DNA from: Planctomycetaceae bacterium
GTDB lineage: Bacteria > Planctomycetota > Planctomycetia > Pirellulales > Pirellulaceae
Assembly (NCBI GenBank): GCA_016794985.1
Contig: JAEUIQ010000047.1
Location: 134,122-198,121, forward strand
Direction of reading: 5' to 3'
DNA: 64,000 nt
Part shown: positions 10,370 to 21,422 of the stretch, piece by piece
Layout of the letters: each line of letters begins with the position of its first letter
How positions within the stretch are numbered: position 1 is the first letter of the stretch
Position numbers and translations under genes: made by a program
Notes under the pieces: model-generated
What the model saw: only the letters and a program-made list of their open reading frames with translations
Databases searched by the model: none
Told to the model about the DNA's origin: nothing

Positions 10370-11699
10370 CCGTCGCGACCGCGGCGTCTCCGGTCACGTT
10401 GATCGTTGTGCGACACATGTCCAAGACTCGGTCGACTGCCAGAATCAATGCCAAGCCCGACTGAGGAACACCAATCGCCGCTAACACAATCACCAACATA
10501 ACCATACCCGCACCAGGAACAGCGGCCGAACCGATCGAGGCCAACGTCGCGGTGACGACGATGGTCATTTGTTGGTAAAAATCCAAATCGATACCCAAAG
10601 CCTGCGCAATGAAAACCGCGGCGACGGCTTGATACAAGCTAGTACCATCCATATTGACCGTCGCACCGATCGGCAGCACAAAGCTGGCGACTTTCGGATC
10701 GACACCCAAATTCTTCTCGACGCATTCAACGGTCACCGGCAGTGTGGCCGCACTACTGCTGGTCGTAAAGGCCAACAATTGGGCGGGTAGCATGCCACGC
10801 AAGAATTTAACGTAACCGGTATTGCCAAACCCGACCACCAAAAAAGGATAAACACCGAAGAGCACGATCGCTAAGCCAAGGACGACGGTGATGGAGTACC
10901 AAGCCAATGCCGCAAAGATTCGCCAATCGTTCGTCTCAGCAATCAAACTTGCCATCAAAGCAAACACACCGATAGGTGCAAACAACATGATCAAATCAAC
11001 CATGGTTAGAATGACCGTATTCAATCCATCAAAGAACGCTTTGACTGGAGCGACCTCTTGCGGCGGTGCCACAATCATGGCGATTCCAAAGAAAATTGCC
11101 CAAAAAATAACTTGCAACATATTGCCATTGTTTGAGGCGGCTGCCGCCAGATTTTCGGGGACGACATCGACAATCGCCTGCAGCGGACCCTTGCCTTGTT
11201 CCTTCGCAGCAGAGGCCGCAATTTTGGCCACTCGTTCGACCCCATCTTGATCACCCAGCAATTTTTCTTGAACGTCCTTGGGCAACCCCTTGCCAGGTCC
11301 AATCAGATTGACCGCGACCAAGCCAATGCAAACAGCAACGAACGTCGTGATCAGATAGAGGAAAATCGTCCTTCCTCCCATCGAGGACAAACGCGACATG
11401 TCTTGCAAATCCGAAACGCCCTTGATCAACGAAGCCAGAATCAAGGGTATTGCAATCAGCTTCAACGAATTAACGAAAAGAACTCCAAACGGCTTTACCC
11501 ACCTCAAGACAAAATCGCGAGGCGAAAACTCGGGATTGGATTGAGCCCATTGCACCAACAAAAAACCGAAAATGAGTCCACCGATGAGGCCCGCCAATAT
11601 TTGCCACGGCAATGGCCAACGCCAAAATTGCCAAACCGCCCGTTCGTCGGATCTGTTTGTCATTCGATCGCACTTTCGTGGTTTTTGGGGGGAGAGCAA
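10335..11699 (-). CDS. gltP: dicarboxylate/amino acid:cation (Na+/H+) symporter, DAACS family
   Basis: Multiple TM segments and the hallmark …LPIGATVNMDGTSLYQAVAAVFIAQ… reentrant-loop motif of GltP/GltT/DctA transporters. Confidence 0.85.
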   Translation of the reverse strand: MLSPQKPRKCDRMTNRSDERAVWQFWRWPLPWQILAGLIGGLIFGFLLVQWAQSNPEFSPRDFVLRWVKPFGVLFVNSLKLIAIPLILASLIKGVSDLQDMSRLSSMGGRTIFLYLITTFVAVCIGLVAVNLIGPGKGLPKDVQEKLLGDQDGVERVAKIAASAAKEQGKGPLQAIVDVVPENLAAAASNNGNMLQVIFWAIFFGIAMIVAPPQEVAPVKAFFDGLNTVILTMVDLIMLFAPIGVFALMASLIAETNDWRIFAALAWYSITVVLGLAIVLFGVYPFLVVGFGNTGYVKFLRGMLPAQLLAFTTSSSAATLPVTVECVEKNLGVDPKVASFVLPIGATVNMDGTSLYQAVAAVFIAQALGIDLDFYQQMTIVVTATLASIGSAAVPGAGMVMLVIVLAAIGVPQSGLALILAVDRVLDMCRTTINVTGDAAVATVVNRAMSRRKQ

Positions 11700-11778
11700 A
11701 TCGTCATACCAAACTTGCTTGGTCTGGTTAGATCGCTAAAACCCGAGCCAGCCCTGCTTCAGTGCTCGAGCGAACCTC

Positions 11779-13542
11779 TTGCATGTTGGTATCAGCATCG
11801 GGGCCACATCGCCGTTTGGGGCCGAGACTTATCTTAAAGGTCAATGGAAGTCCGGCAAAGCAGAGGCTACAATTCGAACCGGAATGCTTGGCTCACCGCG
11901 GAGGACGAACGTGTATCGATTTTGGAGGACGAATTTGGAAACTTGGACTCGAGCAGGGTGGCTCCTGCTCTTGTGTTCGCTCGGTTGCGGCGATTCTCCC
12001 CCACAGCGTTCGGGCGAAATGGTCGATCCGAGTGCCGCGAAAACACCAACCATTCCATCCCAGGACTCTAGTCGAACGAACTCAGCCGCCGCAACCGATG
12101 GCAAAAACCGCCGTCCCGCCGAGCTCGATTCGGGACTGCCGTCACCGCCTGTCGAGCTAATCACTTCGCCACCGCAAGAACGAAAGCCCGCGTCGAAATC
12201 CGACACGCTCACGACCGAGCGTTCAACTCCTTCCGCGAATTCGGCATCAACGGACGACGCCGACCCTTATTTGCCACGCCGGAGATTGGGACCGCTTCAA
12301 GCGGTCGAGGTCCAAGTGGAACGCGTGGCCGAGGCCGGGCTGAAGCTTTTCGAATCCGACCATTTACGACTCGTCACGGACCTGCCAGACGCGGACACTC
12401 CCTCGGACTTTCATGCGGTCATCGAACAGGCCATCAGCCAATGGGTAGCGTTTTGCAAGGCCGACCCGCGCCGGTTTGAGAAGTGGCAACTCACTTGTTT
12501 TCTGATTGTCGACGAGGCCAAATTTGAAAACGCAGGTCTGCTGCCAACGAAAAGTCAACTGCCCGCCGGAAAACTTCCGCCCGGTGGATGGCAGTTCGGA
12601 AATCAAATATGGGTCCGCCATCATCCTGGCCCCTATTACACTCGGCACATGTTGTTGCATGAAGCGACACATGCCTTCTTCTCGTTTAATTACGGGGCAT
12701 TGGGGCCGCCTTGGCTGGCCGAAGGATTGGCTGAGTATTTCGCTGTTCATCGGTGGGGCGATGGTAAATTGGAATTGGCGGCTCGCGTGATCGACAAGAA
12801 CGAGTTACCGTATTGGGGAAGGGTCAAATTGATTCGCGATGCCTACCTCACTGGTCAGCCGAAATCATTACTGGAAGTCATCAATTTCCCGCCCAGTGCC
12901 TTTCCGCAAACCGACTCGTATGCGTGGAGTTGGGCAGCAGTCAGTTTGTTTGCGGCGCATCCGGAACTGAGAGAGCCCTTTTCCGCTCAACTGGACAAAC
13001 TTGGGCAAGTCTCTGGTACCCAATGGAATCATGAACTTTTGAAAGCCATCTCGCTGGATCGGCGCCGACTGGAAACGCAATGGCAGGTTGATACGACGAC
13101 AATACAGTACGGACATGATTTTTCCAGAACGGCGATTCGATGGCGAGATGCCGAACCCGCCGCGGAAGGCGAGTATCACTTTAACCTTCCTGCGGACGGA
13201 GCTTGGCACGCCACCGGATGGCGCCTGCCCGCCGGCCAATGGGAGATCGCTGCCGAAGGCACGTACCAAATCGCAATTTCTGACAACGCCGCGTGGAATG
13301 CGGAGCCAAATGGAATCACGATCCGCTATGCCGCCGGAGCACCTCTTGGCCAGGTTCAATATGCCCTGCAAGGTGATCCGGCTATCCTGCAAGGACTGTC
13401 CGAATTGACCAAGCCGCAATGCGTTGGTGTTCGGACCGTCGTGGCAACCACCGGCGAAGAGCTGTTTCTAAGAGTGAATGATTGGCCCAATCAATTGGAA
13501 GACAACCAAGGCCAAGTCGCAATCATCCTCAGACGATTGTAG
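11779..13542 (+). CDS. secreted/lipoprotein putative zinc metallopeptidase-like protein (HExxH), Ser/Pro-rich low-complexity N-terminal region; probable start at internal Met (MLGSPRR…LLLLCSLGCG)
   Basis: HEATHAFF HExxH motif with downstream E (LAEGLAEYF). Signal/lipobox-like LLLLCSLGCGDS. Low-complexity segment aa 80-170. Confidence 0.55.
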   Translation: MHVGISIGATSPFGAETYLKGQWKSGKAEATIRTGMLGSPRRTNVYRFWRTNLETWTRAGWLLLLCSLGCGDSPPQRSGEMVDPSAAKTPTIPSQDSSRTNSAAATDGKNRRPAELDSGLPSPPVELITSPPQERKPASKSDTLTTERSTPSANSASTDDADPYLPRRRLGPLQAVEVQVERVAEAGLKLFESDHLRLVTDLPDADTPSDFHAVIEQAISQWVAFCKADPRRFEKWQLTCFLIVDEAKFENAGLLPTKSQLPAGKLPPGGWQFGNQIWVRHHPGPYYTRHMLLHEATHAFFSFNYGALGPPWLAEGLAEYFAVHRWGDGKLELAARVIDKNELPYWGRVKLIRDAYLTGQPKSLLEVINFPPSAFPQTDSYAWSWAAVSLFAAHPELREPFSAQLDKLGQVSGTQWNHELLKAISLDRRRLETQWQVDTTTIQYGHDFSRTAIRWRDAEPAAEGEYHFNLPADGAWHATGWRLPAGQWEIAAEGTYQIAISDNAAWNAEPNGITIRYAAGAPLGQVQYALQGDPAILQGLSELTKPQCVGVRTVVATTGEELFLRVNDWPNQLEDNQGQVAIILRRL

Positions 13543-13597
13543 AAGCCAGGCAGAGAAGATTACAATGCGACTGAGTGTTGTGGACCGCAATGTCGCA

Positions 13598-13780
13598 AGC
13601 CGCTTCGTCGGTCAGATTCCGTTGTCGCGCAAAGAGAAAGTACAGTCACTGTAGAACTGGACCGAGGGAACCGTCCACGACGCGGTCGCCAACCGTTTCT
13701 TCGGTCAGATTCAAGTTCGCATGGCGAACGCGCAATCGAAGCACAAGATTCAATTCACAATCGAAGCACAAGATTCAAAT
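13598..13780. repeat. two copies of the 'tcggtcagattc…' module related to the 6755-6930 tandem repeat, plus a 2x tandem 21-bp repeat (caatcgaagcacaagattcaa) immediately upstream of the oleC start
   Basis: cgtcggtcagattccgttgtcgcgcaaagagaaag at 13606 and cttcggtcagattcaagttcgcatggcgaacgcgcaatcgaagcacaagattc at 13697. Tandem 21-mer at 13733-13778. Confidence 0.7.
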
Positions 13781-15532
13781 AAGGAGTTCCGGTTGCCGGA
13801 CTTTCAAAACTTCGAACGATTGGATGCGACGGGGTTGGTAAACGTCTCGCAACTACTTTCTCACGCGGCCAAACAGGTACCCGAGCATTTGGCAGTTGCC
13901 GTGGCGGGGCGTCACAGATCGACGACGAGCGCGGGACACCAACACGAAGGCAGAGAAAAACCTGCCCCGCCCGGCTGGCGCACGATCAGTTATCAGGAGC
14001 TGGATACGCTGGCGACGGACATAGCGCGCGGCCTCTTGGAGTTGGGCATCCCGCCCGGAACTCGGTTGGCATTGATGGTTCGTCCCGGGATCGAGTTCAT
14101 TGCGCTCGTGTTCGGCTTGATGCGAGCCGGAATGGTGCAAGTCTTGATTGATCCTGGCATGGGACGCCACAACATGGTGCAATGCTTGCAAGAATGCGAT
14201 CCACAAGGTTTTGTCGGAATTCCATTAGCGCATGTGATGCGATTGGTGTTTCGGCGAAAGTTTCCCGCTGCCATTTACAATGTCACCGTCGGTCGCCGTT
14301 ATGGATGGGGTGGTTGGACTTACCAGCAAGTCATTGCGAAGGGAAGACCATCGATTCGAGAAGTCAATCGGACCAGCGCTAGTCAACAAGCCGCGATCAT
14401 CTTTACCACTGGTAGTACCGGGCCGCCCAAAGGCGTTTACTACTCGCACGGAATGTTCATTCGACAAGCCACATTGATTCGCGACTTTTATTCGATCCAG
14501 CCCGGAGGCGTTGACTTGTCGGGTTTTCCCCTGTTTGCCCTATTCAATATTGGTATGGGCGTGACCACGGTGATTCCTCAAATGGATCCGACAAGGCCCG
14601 CGGCGGTCCAGCCGCAACGGATCATTGAAGCCGTCGAATTGTGGCGAGCGGACCAGAGCTTTGGTTCGCCAGCCTTATGGAACACGGTAAGCACCTATTG
14701 CGAGCGACGTCAGATCCAACTACCAAGCTTAAAGAAAGTCTTTTCTGCCGGAGCCCCCGTACCGCCACATGTCTTGCGACGCTTACAAAAAATGATTTCA
14801 ACAGATGGCGAAATCTACACCCCCTACGGGGCGACGGAATCGCTGCCGATCGCCTCCAATTCCGCGCGCACGATCTTGAACGAAACATCTGTTTTGTCAG
14901 CAAGTGGTCACGGGACGTGTGTCGGTAGTCGCTTTCCCGAAATCGATTGGAAAGTCATCGAAATCACGGACCTCCCGCTCGCAACCATGGAACAAGTCCG
15001 TGAATTGCCACGTGGCGAGATTGGCGAGTTGATGGTGTCTGGGCCGGTCGTCAGTCCCAAATACGTGACCCGCATGGATGCAAATGCCCTGCATAAGGTT
15101 GTGGATTCGGCAACCAACGCCGTCTGGCATCGAATGGGAGATGTGGGATACTTGGACGGACAGGACCGATTTTGGTTTTGTGGTCGAAAGGGTCACCGCG
15201 TCGTTACCGCGCGTGGAACGCTGTTTACGATTCCCATTGAAGCCATGATCAACAAGCACCCCGAGGTCTATCGCTCGGCCTTGGTTGGCATCGGTCCGGT
15301 GGGCGCACAAATTCCAGCCATGGTATTGGAACCTTGGCCGGAACATTGGTCATCGAATCGAGCGAGACAATCGCGATTGATTGACGAGGTGCGGCAGATC
15401 GCCGAGCAGGACCCGCGGTCGAAACAAATCCAGCACTATTTCGTGATGAAGTCTTTGCCAGTGGACATTCGCCACAACGCGAAGATTTTTCGCGAAAAAC
15501 TTGCGAAATGGGCCGCTTCGAAACTAAAGTAA
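13721..15532 (+). CDS. oleC: olefin beta-lactone synthetase OleC (AMP-dependent synthetase/ligase family). Likely true start is TTG at 13793, preceded by AAGGAG.
   Basis: AMP-binding motif IIFTTGSTGPPKGVYYSH. Multiple blocks (GIPLAHV, TVGRRYGWGG, YTPYGATE, HRMGDVGY, RFWFCGRK, VDIRHNAKIFREKLAKWA) match OleC as remembered from Xanthomonas/Stenotrophomonas. It is followed immediately by an OleD-like gene. Confidence 0.8.
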   Translation: MANAQSKHKIQFTIEAQDSNKEFRLPDFQNFERLDATGLVNVSQLLSHAAKQVPEHLAVAVAGRHRSTTSAGHQHEGREKPAPPGWRTISYQELDTLATDIARGLLELGIPPGTRLALMVRPGIEFIALVFGLMRAGMVQVLIDPGMGRHNMVQCLQECDPQGFVGIPLAHVMRLVFRRKFPAAIYNVTVGRRYGWGGWTYQQVIAKGRPSIREVNRTSASQQAAIIFTTGSTGPPKGVYYSHGMFIRQATLIRDFYSIQPGGVDLSGFPLFALFNIGMGVTTVIPQMDPTRPAAVQPQRIIEAVELWRADQSFGSPALWNTVSTYCERRQIQLPSLKKVFSAGAPVPPHVLRRLQKMISTDGEIYTPYGATESLPIASNSARTILNETSVLSASGHGTCVGSRFPEIDWKVIEITDLPLATMEQVRELPRGEIGELMVSGPVVSPKYVTRMDANALHKVVDSATNAVWHRMGDVGYLDGQDRFWFCGRKGHRVVTARGTLFTIPIEAMINKHPEVYRSALVGIGPVGAQIPAMVLEPWPEHWSSNRARQSRLIDEVRQIAEQDPRSKQIQHYFVMKSLPVDIRHNAKIFREKLAKWAASKLK

Positions 15533-16902
15533 CGCGCGGTGTTGAGAAGTTAATCGCGTTAGATGCCGAGACAGTCGATGGAGGATTCATGCAAGTATTG
15601 GTGACCGGCGGTGGAGGCTTCTTGGGCCGGGCTATCGTGCGACAACTTACCTATCGCGGCGAAAAAGTCCGCGTCTTGGGGCGAAGCTCCTATCCATTCT
15701 TGGATAAGCTGGGTGTCGAAGTGATCCAAGGTGACGTGCGTGACCCCGCGGTTGTGAATAACGCCTGTCGTGATGTGGAGTTGGTCTTTCATACGGCCGC
15801 GGTTGCCGGAATCTGGGGGCCCTGGGATCGTTACCACTCGATCAATACGGTGGGAACCAGAAACGTCATTGACGCCTGCATAGCGCAAGGCGTGCAGAGG
15901 CTGATTTACACAAGTTCGCCGAGTGTTGTTTTCACCGGTGCGGATCAAGAGAACGTGAACGAAACCGAGCCCTACCCACGCCGGTATCTGTGCCATTATC
16001 CGCATTCGAAGGCTTTGGCCGAGCAAGAAGTTTTGGACAGCCATGATCGCACTCGACTGTTGACCTGCGCCTTGCGACCGCACCTGATCTGGGGCCCAGG
16101 AGATCAACACTTGATTCCCCGCATGTTGGAGCGCGCTCGACTTGAAAAATTGAAACGCGTGGGCGAAGGCGAAAACAAAGTGGACATGATCTATGTGGAT
16201 AACGCGGCTGCCGCGCACTTGCAAGCAGCCGACGCGTTGACACCAACTTCACCCGTCGGCGGGCAAGCTTACTTTGTTAGCGAAGGCCAACCAGTTAATC
16301 TCTGGCTGTGGATCAATGAGATCTTGATGTTGGCCGGGCTTCCGCGTGTGCGACGTTCTGTTTCTTATTCCTCGGCTTACACGGTCGGACGAATTTTGGA
16401 AACCATGTACGAGTGGTTTGGTTGGCAAGACCACGAGCCAATCATGACCCGATTTCTGGCGTGTCAGCTTGCTCATCATCACTACTACGATGTCTCGAAG
16501 GCGCGGCGAGATTTCGGAATGCGCCCGATCGTTTCTTTCGAGGAAGGCATGGATCGATTGGGAAGGTTCTTGAGTGGAGAAACGGCCATCGCGGAGCAGA
16601 CGCTACCATGCAACCGCAGTCCCGAAGAAGTGGAACGCCAACGTCAGCGGCAGTTGAATTGGCGCGAGAATTATGGCAAGACCAAACCTAAGACAAGTGC
16701 CGCATCGTCCTACGACACGGACGACGATGACCACGACGATCCTGAAACCGACGACAATCTCTATGCCGACCCGGACGACGGACAACAGGATGACCATGAA
16801 CCCACGACGCCTGTCCGTGATCGCTTGGCGGACGGGATTGAATATGCCGACGATGACGACGAAAATGCCGACAAGCGACACAGTCCGCGTGGTCGTCGCT
16901 AA
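15508..16902 (+). CDS. oleD: 2-alkyl-3-oxoalkanoate reductase OleD (NAD(P)-dependent 3-beta-hydroxysteroid dehydrogenase/isomerase family) with ~130-aa poly-acidic C-terminal tail
   Basis: VLVTGGGGFLGRAIVRQL Rossmann motif, YxxSK (YPHSKALAE). 3b-HSD-like length is ~330 aa, then DTDDDDHDDPETDDNLYADPDDGQQDDHEPTT…ADDDDENAD. The gene overlaps oleC by 25 nt. Confidence 0.75.
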   Translation: MGRFETKVTRGVEKLIALDAETVDGGFMQVLVTGGGGFLGRAIVRQLTYRGEKVRVLGRSSYPFLDKLGVEVIQGDVRDPAVVNNACRDVELVFHTAAVAGIWGPWDRYHSINTVGTRNVIDACIAQGVQRLIYTSSPSVVFTGADQENVNETEPYPRRYLCHYPHSKALAEQEVLDSHDRTRLLTCALRPHLIWGPGDQHLIPRMLERARLEKLKRVGEGENKVDMIYVDNAAAAHLQAADALTPTSPVGGQAYFVSEGQPVNLWLWINEILMLAGLPRVRRSVSYSSAYTVGRILETMYEWFGWQDHEPIMTRFLACQLAHHHYYDVSKARRDFGMRPIVSFEEGMDRLGRFLSGETAIAEQTLPCNRSPEEVERQRQRQLNWRENYGKTKPKTSAASSYDTDDDDHDDPETDDNLYADPDDGQQDDHEPTTPVRDRLADGIEYADDDDENADKRHSPRGRR

Positions 16903-16923
16903 GCAGCTGTTTTCAGTCGAATA

Positions 16924-17520
16924 ATGATTTCGCGGGCCACGATCCAGGAAGGACCGAACATGATTTTATCCGGTGAAGAGATTGCGAGAAGACTTGGTGG
17001 CGATATCGGAATCGACCCTTACGACCCCGCTCATCTCAATCCCAACAGCTACAACTTGACTCTTCATCACGAATTGATGGTGTATGAAGAAGTGGTGTTG
17101 GACATGAAGAAACTGAATCGCGTGCAACGCTTGGAGATCCCGGACAGCGGACTGGTGTTGGAACCACGCCGACTGTATTTGGGTCGCACCATCGAACGCA
17201 CGGAAACCCATAACCTAGTGCCCATGATCGAGGGCCGATCGAGTGTCGGACGCTTGGGGCTGTTCGTGCACGTGACGGCGGGCTTCGGTGATGTCGGCTT
17301 CAAAGGCTTCTGGACCCTGGAGATGTTCGCGGTCCAGCCCGTGCGGATCTACGCAGGGGTATCGATTTGCCAGATTTTTTATCATGAAATCAAAGGCGCT
17401 TATGAAGAGTATCGCAGCGACAAGTATCAAAACAATCGCGATATTCAGCCCAGCCTTCTTTTTAAGGAGTTTTCGGACGAACACGATGTTGATCCACAAA
17501 TGCGTTTGAAATTCGACTAA
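16924..17520 (+). CDS. dcd: dCTP deaminase
   Basis: MILSGEEI…GIDPYDP…NPNSYNLTL… and the downstream dUTPase-like fold motifs. Confidence 0.9.
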   Translation: MISRATIQEGPNMILSGEEIARRLGGDIGIDPYDPAHLNPNSYNLTLHHELMVYEEVVLDMKKLNRVQRLEIPDSGLVLEPRRLYLGRTIERTETHNLVPMIEGRSSVGRLGLFVHVTAGFGDVGFKGFWTLEMFAVQPVRIYAGVSICQIFYHEIKGAYEEYRSDKYQNNRDIQPSLLFKEFSDEHDVDPQMRLKFD

Positions 17521-19581
<2,061 letters not shown>

Positions 19582-19649
19582 CAGCAGCAAACTCTCCAGA
19601 TTGGCCAATTTCCCAATTTTGATATACTGAGGCGACTGGGGGGCATGGC

Positions 19650-20045
19650 TTGATCAGGGATGTAGTGATGCTGGGACAATCAGAGATTGAGGTTGGGCAA
19701 TTGGTTTCCGGTTTGGATTATTTGCTCAGCTGGATCGGGATGGGGTGCTTGATCGGATTGGTAGTGTCCGGCTTTTTAGCGCATCGGCGTCAAGGCAGTT
19801 CCGCGGCAACGGTTGCGATTGCGATTGCAGGTACCTTGCTTGGTTGTGGACTGTTGCAGTATTTCAACCCTGGCGAAAATCTCCGGCCGCTAACTCCGCA
19901 GGGTCTGGTTGTGGGCATTACGGGTGCGTTGCTTCTCTTGTTGTTTTTCGGACTGCTCGGAGGGTACTATCCCGCCACCGAATCAGAAAACCCGCGCCGG
20001 CAACGTCGCCGCCGACTTTATCGAGAATACCTGCGTGAGGATTAG
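19650..20045 (+). CDS. GlsB/YeaQ/YmgE (transglycosylase-associated) family small membrane protein with Arg-rich C-terminal extension
   Basis: WIGMGCLIGLVVSGF…AIAIAGTLLGCGLL pattern typical of PF04226. 131 aa. Confidence 0.5.
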   Translation: MIRDVVMLGQSEIEVGQLVSGLDYLLSWIGMGCLIGLVVSGFLAHRRQGSSAATVAIAIAGTLLGCGLLQYFNPGENLRPLTPQGLVVGITGALLLLLFFGLLGGYYPATESENPRRQRRRRLYREYLRED

Positions 20046-20164
20046 GCTTGAGGCTGTGCGTTCTCGGCGACGAACAATACTCCATCAAAGGCCTCACCAA
20101 AGCCGACGGTACGCTGGTTGAACGCTACTCCTAAACTGCCTATGGCACATTTGGGATCTCCCCC

Positions 20165-20404
20165 CCGCGCCGTGAAGTTTTTTTCCGTGTAAAACCGGTC
20201 CGAAGGGACCGACACAACCGTAGCGGGTGTACGTAAGCCAACGGTTAGAACGACACCTGATCCATCCGATCAAAGTCCCCAACGCTGTGAAGTTTTTTCA
20301 GGAGCGCAAAGGTCCGAAGGGACCGACACAACCCTAGCCGGTGTGCGCAAGCCACCGGTTAGAACGACACCTGATCCAGAAAAGGCCTGAAAGGCCGACA
20401 CAAT
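20165..20404. repeat. two tandemly arranged copies of a ~100-120-bp dispersed REP-like element (modules: gtgaagtttttt / ccgaagggaccgacacaacc / ccggtgtgcgcaagccaccgg hairpin / gaaaaggcctgaaaggccgacacaa)
   Basis: Copy A is 20171-20264 and copy B is 20285-20404, ~90% identical. They lie in the 3' intergenic region. ggcctgaaaggcc and ccggtg…caccgg are perfect inverted repeats. Confidence 0.9.
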
Positions 20405-20768
20405 TATCGAGCGTTCGCATTCAAAAATACCTCATTGCGTTGCCCGTGGGGGGCGTTTGTGGCACGGGGTTGGTTCTTGGGTTCGAATCGTCTGGGCTTG
20501 CGAGTATGAACCGTTGCGGTCTCGGTAAAGTTTTGCGGAACAAGACTTGTCCCTCGACCAAAGCTCGCTTGGGTCCGGTCGAGTTCGCTTCGCATTGAAT
20601 CTGTGGCCCGACCGAGACCAGCTCGGTTAACGCCCACCCGCTACGGAGTATTACTGGCATGGTGGTAGTACAAAAATCCGGTGAGTGACGTACAATAGCG
20701 GTTGCGTTTTCGTCACCGTCGGCGGAAACAACATTTCGTTTTGAATTGAGAAGAGGCTGAGGATACCC

Positions 20769-21407
20769 ATGCGTCGAATCGTCGTGGCAAAGGTGTTGTG
20801 TTGGAGTGTCGCGGTTGTCGTTGGAGCCGGTTCGGGGTTGACGCTGGCCGTGCAAGAAAAGCAAGATCCGCCGAAGGCGGAGGCTGCCCAAGAAAACGCG
20901 GACGAAAAGGCGAAAGAAGAAACGGTCGAAGTTGTGTTGGCCGAGGGAAGATTGGACTTTCAAGCGCCCAAGTCTTGGGAAAAGAAGCAACCAAAGTTCA
21001 ATATTGTCGAAGCCGAATTTGCTCCCAAGAGTTCGAAGGAGAACATCGATCCCGCTCGCTTGACGATCATGGCTTCGGGTGGTTCGGTTGACGCCAATCT
21101 CGAACGTTGGATCGGTCAGTTCTCACAAGAGGATGGCTCCGACACGGAAGACCACACCAAACAAGAAGAGAAAAAAATCAACGGCATGACCATCCACATT
21201 GTGGATATCAATGGAACCTATGCCGATTCCGCCGGTCCTTTTGCCGGTAATGCGGTTCAACGAAAAGGTTACCGCATGCTCGGTGCGATTGTGGAGACAA
21301 AAGTGGTTGGCAACTACTACTTCAAGATGTACGGCCCCAAAGAGACCATCGACGAACACGAAGCTCGCTTCAAGGCCATGATCGAAACGATCAAACTCAG
21401 CCTGTAA
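20769..21407 (+). CDS. secreted hypothetical protein (signal peptide, Lys/Glu-rich linker)
   Basis: N-terminus MRRIVVAKVLCWSVAVVVGAGSGLTLAVQE. 212 aa. No motifs recognised. Confidence 0.5.
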   Translation: MRRIVVAKVLCWSVAVVVGAGSGLTLAVQEKQDPPKAEAAQENADEKAKEETVEVVLAEGRLDFQAPKSWEKKQPKFNIVEAEFAPKSSKENIDPARLTIMASGGSVDANLERWIGQFSQEDGSDTEDHTKQEEKKINGMTIHIVDINGTYADSAGPFAGNAVQRKGYRMLGAIVETKVVGNYYFKMYGPKETIDEHEARFKAMIETIKLSL

Positions 21408-21422
21408 CAAGCGAACCACGAG

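Noticed and set aside
15559-16224. 221-aa minus-strand ORF inside oleD
   Set aside because: It is antisense to a gene with a clear Rossmann/YxxxK signature and has a skewed composition.
20470-20520. tRNA-like T-loop sequence GGTTCGAATC
   Set aside because: The flanks cannot form a 5-bp T-stem or an acceptor stem, and there is no cloverleaf. I could not fold any tRNA in this or other intergenic regions by eye. tRNAscan-SE would be decisive.
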